Of a DNA stretch of 29,668 bases, positions 25,811 through 29,668 are shown piece after piece. Every line of letters starts with the position of its first letter. Position 1 is the first letter of the stretch. Origin of the DNA: Gemmatimonadota bacterium (lineage in GTDB: Bacteria; Gemmatimonadota; Gemmatimonadetes; Longimicrobiales; RSA9); contig JBBDRO010000078.1 in NCBI GenBank assembly GCA_040905425.1, forward strand, positions 1-29,668. Reading direction: 5' to 3'. The translations under genes were made by a program, and so were the position numbers. A model generated the notes under the pieces. That model was not told the origin of the DNA and searched no databases. It saw nothing but the letters and a program-made list of their open reading frames with translations.

Positions 25811-26484
25811 GTGAACGAGTACGGCGGCCAGGGCCCCGTCACCGCAAAGCTACCGACCGCCCGCTCACGGGCCGTGCGTTGCAGCGCGTCCCGCAGCGGC
25901 GGCGCGTCGGCGCGACCCACCAGGTAGGCCGCGCTGAGCCAGGCCGGCCGCGCATCCACTACCTCCTGCCGGATCCAGTCGGCCCCCGCGGCATGGAGCG
26001 CATCCGCGAGCGCATCCGCGTCGGCGGCGGTGGCACGCCGTTCCGTATGCCGCTCGAGCAACGAGCGCATGTACGCCGTGCCATCCATCGCGGCTCCGCC
26101 ACGCACGGACCGGGCCGCTGACCCCGCGCGGGCCGGTTCGGCCCGTACGCCCAGTTCCACCATGCCGGCCAGACGCTCCAGCGTTTCGTGCCACTCCGCC
26201 GCCCGCTCGCGCAGCACCCGGTGGGCGGCAGCCGTATCCTCCAGCCACTGTCCGAAGCGCAGCGGCACCGGCGTGACGCCGCCCTCCAGCGCCGCGGCCA
26301 CCACGGCGTGATGGGCCTGTGCCGCCGCGGCGCCCGGGGAGGGCGCATGATGATGAGCGCTCACCCAGAGCGCCAGCCCCTCCGCCTCCACGGCGTGCGT
26401 CGGCGCCCCCTCCAGACCGCGCACATCGGGCGCGGGCAGAACCCCTTGCGGTAGCACGGCGTAAGCGACGAGGCCCTCAGCCAT
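25807..26484 (-). CDS. GvpL/GvpF family gas vesicle protein
   Basis: LVAYAVL, HHAVV, TPVPLRFG, ELGVR, AAYLV, TGPWPPYSF. Start moved to ATG 26484 (ATGGCTGA overlap, identical to the 26841/26848 junction). Confidence 0.88.
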   Translation of the reverse strand: MAEGLVAYAVLPQGVLPAPDVRGLEGAPTHAVEAEGLALWVSAHHHAPSPGAAAAQAHHAVVAAALEGGVTPVPLRFGQWLEDTAAAHRVLRERAAEWHETLERLAGMVELGVRAEPARAGSAARSVRGGAAMDGTAYMRSLLERHTERRATAADADALADALHAAGADWIRQEVVDARPAWLSAAYLVGRADAPPLRDALQRTARERAVGSFAVTGPWPPYSFT

Positions 26485-26848
26485 CCCGCGCGCGATCATC
26501 CTGCCCGGCGGCGTCACGCCCGGCTGCGTCACGCCCGGCTGCGTCACGCCCGGCTGCGTCACGTCCGGCTGCGTCACGCCCGGCGGCGTCACGTCCGGCG
26601 GCGTCACGGCCGGCGGCTCTACGCCCTGGAGTGCGCAGGGGAAGCGCCTGCTTCTGGCGCATCGTTTCGGCGGAGGCCAGGAGCACGCGCAGGCCCACGT
26701 AGACCAGGTCGATGCCCGCCACGCTGATGATCACGTCCCCGTGAATCAGAGCGCCCCGGTCCAGAACCCGATGCACCAGCTCCACCATGCCCAGGCGCTC
26801 CTCCGCCTCCACCCGGGTCAGCTCGCGCGCCGGCCGCTCGTCAGCCAT
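26477..26848 (-). CDS. GvpA-family minor gas vesicle protein (GvpS-like) with a repeat tail
   Basis: ELVHRVLDRGALIHGDVIISVAGIDLVYVGLRVLLASAETM, followed by an (AAGRD)n tail. Confidence 0.85.
   Translation of the reverse strand: MADERPARELTRVEAEERLGMVELVHRVLDRGALIHGDVIISVAGIDLVYVGLRVLLASAETMRQKQALPLRTPGRRAAGRDAAGRDAAGRDAAGRDAAGRDAAGRDAAGRDAAGQDDRARDG
26503..26617. repeat. 15-bp tandem repeat, 7 full copies plus a partial
   Basis: Unit G(C/T)CCGGC(G/T)GCGTCAC starts at 26503, 26518, 26533, 26548, 26563, 26578 and 26593; partial copy at 26608. Confidence 0.95.
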
Positions 26849-27632
26849 CCGACTCCCCCACGAAGCGGTACGGGGCCCACGGCCCGGATGCGTCCACCCG
26901 GATGCCGCGGGGACCCAGCCGGCCGCGCGCCGCCTGGATGGTGCTCATCAGCTCGTCCTCGGCGCCCTGGGCCACCAGCGCCGCCGCGTGCAGCACCACG
27001 GGCACCTCGGCACCGCCTTCCGGAATGGGCAGCACCTTGATGGCCTCGGCCACGCCGCCGACCGTGTCCAGCAGCGCCTGCGCCTCCCGGCGGGCCGCGG
27101 CGCCGGCGGCGCCCTTGAGCAGTTCGGCGCGGCGGCGCTCCAGGAGAAAGCGGCGGCCCGGCGCGGCCGCGGCGATCTCCTCATCCACGCGCCGCACCTC
27201 GGGATCCAGCTCGGCGGCGTGCCTGCACACCTCGTCCGCGTCGTAGGAGACCTTGAGGTCCCATTCGCGCCGACCCGCGAAGCGCTCCATGCGCCCCCGG
27301 ATGGCCTCCCCCCGGCCGCCCGCCTCCTCCGCCATGGCCTCCACCGAGGAGTAGAGCGTGAACAGGGGCGCGGGGACGATCTCGGCGTGATCCACGAACC
27401 ACGCCACGACCCGCTCGTGGGCCAGCCCCTGCTCGCCCACCCAGGCCAGGTCACCGGTGCGCGCCTCCACCCGCTCGGCGCCGTACTCGGCGGCCGGGAG
27501 CAGGCTGAACGCCGCCGCGAACCCCTCGCACGGATGCAGGTCCACCGGGGCGTCCGCCACCCCGGCCAGTCCCTCGTCGGGCAGCGCCGCCGCCGGCGGC
27601 ACGAAGCCGTAGAGGTAGACAACGTGGCTCAA
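26841..27632 (-). CDS. GvpL/GvpF family gas vesicle protein
   Basis: VYLYGFV, LAHERVV, EWDLKV, PGRRFLL, HAAALV, SGPWAPYRF. Start moved to TTG 27632 (SD GGAGG; TTGA overlap with the ATPase stop). Confidence 0.9.
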   Translation of the reverse strand: MSHVVYLYGFVPPAAALPDEGLAGVADAPVDLHPCEGFAAAFSLLPAAEYGAERVEARTGDLAWVGEQGLAHERVVAWFVDHAEIVPAPLFTLYSSVEAMAEEAGGRGEAIRGRMERFAGRREWDLKVSYDADEVCRHAAELDPEVRRVDEEIAAAAPGRRFLLERRRAELLKGAAGAAARREAQALLDTVGGVAEAIKVLPIPEGGAEVPVVLHAAALVAQGAEDELMSTIQAARGRLGPRGIRVDASGPWAPYRFVGESDG

Positions 27633-29434
27633 GAGATCTGCCTCCAACTGGAAAGAAATGCCGCCAGCGCTTCGGGGCCCGTGGGGGGCCGGGGCTCCGT
27701 GGGCGCTCGGAAGTGAACGGCCGTCGGGCCCGTGGCGCCCCTATCCTGCCCCCTGTCCACGGCGCCGTCGCAACCGGCCAGGTTGTGAATGTGGGCCGCC
27801 ACCGCGATCCCCGCACCCTCGAGCGCGGCCAGCAACCGCGCGGTCTCGGCCTCCACCAGTTGCCCGCTGGTGCTCACGACCAGCGCTCCGCTGTGGGCGG
27901 GATCGCGCAGGCGCTCCTGCAGCTTCCGGAGGCGCCGTGCCAGGTCCACCGTGGCCTGCACGGTGGTGTCCAGCGCCCCCGCCCCGCCGAGTCCACCCAG
28001 GATCCTGAGCAGCGCGCGCGTCCAGCCCAGCGCCGTGGCGGGCATGGCCAGCAGGCGCAGCAGGTGGCCGGTCGGGGCCGTGTCCACCACCACGGTGGTG
28101 CCCTCCGCCACCTCGTCCAGCAACTCCGCCAGCGCCGCCAGTTCGTCCACGCCCGGTGGTGCCAGCTCCCACAGCGAGTCCATGACGCGCCGGTCCAGCG
28201 CGGCGCCGCGCCCCACCCCCACCCGCTCCAGGACGTCCTCCACCTCGTCGCGCCACCCTTCGGCCAGCGCGGCGAAGCGCGCCGGCGCGTCCACCTCCCG
28301 CACGCGCAGACCGGGCGCCACCGCCACGCCGCCGGGCGGCACGGGCCGCGCCAGCACGTCCGCCAGCGACCCCGCGGGGTCGGTCCCCAGCAGCAGCACG
28401 CTGCGGCTGGCCGCCAGCCGCAGCGCCACGGCGCAGGCGCAGGTGGACTTCCCCACGCCGCCCTTGCCCGTCACCAGCAGAAGCCGGAGGCCCAGGCCGT
28501 CCACCCAGGTGGGGGCATCCTCGGCCGGTGCCGAGCGCGGCGGAGGTGCTTCCGCGGCAGGGGGCGGTTCGCCACCCGCTGCCGCTCCCCAGGCGCGCAG
28601 GCCCTCACAGCCCGCCGCCGGCGCCCCGCCGTCCAGCACCACCACCGGCGGGCCGCCGTCCCGCTCGGGCGCCGGCCCACCCACGCGCACGCGCGCCACC
28701 ACCGTGCAGCCGCGCTCCGTCAGGCGGGCCAGCAAGCGCTCGGTCTCGGCGGCCACCACCGCGCCCGGTCGGTCGACCACCACCCAGACCGCCTCTTCGA
28801 GCAGTGCCCGGAAGCGCGCGGTGGCCGCGTCCAGCCGCTCGAGCGCCGCGCCGCCGGGCGTGGCCGAGACGTGGCGCACCAGCGCCGCCTCCACCGCCGC
28901 GGCCTTCTCGGCCATCGCGGCGAAGGCGCAGCCCCACCCCTCGAGCAGGTCGGCCGCCTCCAGCAGACGCAGCGTGTGGCCGGTCGGCGCCGTGTCCACC
29001 ACCAGGCGCTCGGCACCGTCGTGGAGCTCCGCCAGGCGGAGGGCGGCCATGGCCTCGTCCACACCGGGCAGCGCCGGTTCCAGGAAGCCGCGCACCTCGT
29101 CAGGCCGCAGATAGGTGCCGCGCTCCACCAGATCGGCCAGCGCGGCGCCGTCGCCAGCCTTCCAGGCCGCGGCCCGGGCGTCGGCGTCCAGCTCCTCCAC
29201 CACCAGCGCCGCGCCGCAGACGGCGCGTGCCTCCCCGCCGGTGAGGGACACACCGAAGAGGTCGGCCAGGGAGTGCGCGGGGTCCACGGAGAGGATCCTG
29301 ACGGGGCTGGCATGGTCGGCCAGCGCCAGGGCCAACGCCCCCGCCGTCGTCGATTTGCCCACGCCTCCCTTGCCGGTAACAAAGACGGGGCGAGCCGCGG
29401 GGATGAGGTCCAGCAGGGAATCCAGCGGCGTCAC
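27629..29434 (-). CDS. Tandem two-domain ArsA/Get3-family ATPase
   Basis: Two deviant Walker A motifs GKGGVGKST, two switch-I motifs (SVDPAHSL, TDPAGSL), two DTAPTGH and two PGVDE. Confidence 0.92.
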   Translation of the reverse strand: MTPLDSLLDLIPAARPVFVTGKGGVGKSTTAGALALALADHASPVRILSVDPAHSLADLFGVSLTGGEARAVCGAALVVEELDADARAAAWKAGDGAALADLVERGTYLRPDEVRGFLEPALPGVDEAMAALRLAELHDGAERLVVDTAPTGHTLRLLEAADLLEGWGCAFAAMAEKAAAVEAALVRHVSATPGGAALERLDAATARFRALLEEAVWVVVDRPGAVVAAETERLLARLTERGCTVVARVRVGGPAPERDGGPPVVVLDGGAPAAGCEGLRAWGAAAGGEPPPAAEAPPPRSAPAEDAPTWVDGLGLRLLLVTGKGGVGKSTCACAVALRLAASRSVLLLGTDPAGSLADVLARPVPPGGVAVAPGLRVREVDAPARFAALAEGWRDEVEDVLERVGVGRGAALDRRVMDSLWELAPPGVDELAALAELLDEVAEGTTVVVDTAPTGHLLRLLAMPATALGWTRALLRILGGLGGAGALDTTVQATVDLARRLRKLQERLRDPAHSGALVVSTSGQLVEAETARLLAALEGAGIAVAAHIHNLAGCDGAVDRGQDRGATGPTAVHFRAPTEPRPPTGPEALAAFLSSWRQIS

Positions 29435-29470
29435 GGGGCGCTCCGCTCGAGAGCCTCGGGCCGGCCGGTC

Positions 29471-29668
29471 CTACTCGTGCCCGAAGTCCACGTCCACCGA
29501 CGCTTCGCCGGGGCTGGCCACCCGGGGACTCCGCTCGCCGTCCTCCCCGTCATCCGCATCCGCTCCCTCCGCAACCTCCCCCGGCGCCAGGCCCGGCGGG
29601 GCGTCCGCCGCCTCGTCCGCCGCCTCGTCCGCCGCCTCGTCCGCCGCCTCGTCCGCCGCCTCGTCCGC
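29471..29668 (-). CDS. 3' end of an acidic low-complexity protein (partial; upstream gene of the same operon)
   Basis: Frame open from the window edge to TAG 29473-29471: (ADEA)n...DAPPGLAPGEVAEGADADDGEDGERSPRVASPGEASVDVDFGHE*. Ends 36 nt before the ATPase start. Confidence 0.6.
   Translation of the reverse strand, partial: ADEAADEAADEAADEAADEAADAPPGLAPGEVAEGADADDGEDGERSPRVASPGEASVDVDFGHE
29602..29668. repeat. 12-bp perfect tandem repeat (at least 5 copies, runs off the edge)
   Basis: CGTCCGCCGCCT at 29602, 29614, 29626, 29638 and 29650, partial at 29662. Encodes DEAA repeats on the minus strand. Confidence 0.95.

Noticed and set aside
26485..26607. N-terminal (VTQPG)n extension as the real start of GvpF/L
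   Set aside because: ATG 26484 gives the same ATGGCTGA coupling as the neighbouring junction and starts right at the family's first strand. The extension is kept only as a possibility.
26503..26617. CRISPR array (also considered for 29602-29668)
   Set aside because: These are head-to-tail 15-bp and 12-bp units with no spacers, inside coding frames, and no cas genes are present.
27629..29434. Arsenic-resistance ArsA / ars operon
   Set aside because: The ArsA metalloid-binding Cys motifs are replaced by PGVDE, no other ars genes are present, and the gene is coupled to gvp genes.

Overview
This is a very GC-rich bacterial window. The gene content suggests Gemmatimonadota or a similar lineage, but that is inference only. 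It has four blocks. (1) 1-4075: the start of a Tat-exported protein, an apparently damaged erythromycin-esterase-family lipoprotein, a D-cysteine-desulfhydrase-like PLP enzyme, a hypothetical protein and a TrmJ-type RNA methyltransferase. (2) About 4090-13750: a Cu(I)/Ag(I)-type metal-resistance module with a Met/His-rich Spy/CpxP-like protein, a TolC/CusB/CusA efflux operon, a PCYCGC-like Cys-rich protein paired with a monoheme cytochrome c, and a sensor kinase with no adjacent response regulator. Three of its upstream regions share an operator architecture (TGAAG-N2-CTCTTAAT-N5-CTTCAC, 11-bp periodic). (3) 13744-21324: an alternative complex III operon (actABCDEF) whose ActB retains an N-terminal CxxCxxxC...C Fe-S motif. 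(4) 21465-29668: a membrane protein, a soluble double-PAS histidine kinase and a gas-vesicle-like operon (gvpA, J, K, two F/L, an S-like gene) translationally coupled to a tandem Get3/ArsA-type ATPase that lacks ArsA metalloid cysteines. This operon runs off the right edge. The best leads are the Get3-like ATPase/gvp/PAS-kinase system and the shared-operator copper regulon with its uncharacterised Cys-rich protein/cytochrome c pair. No rRNA, tRNA, CRISPR array or transposase was recognised.
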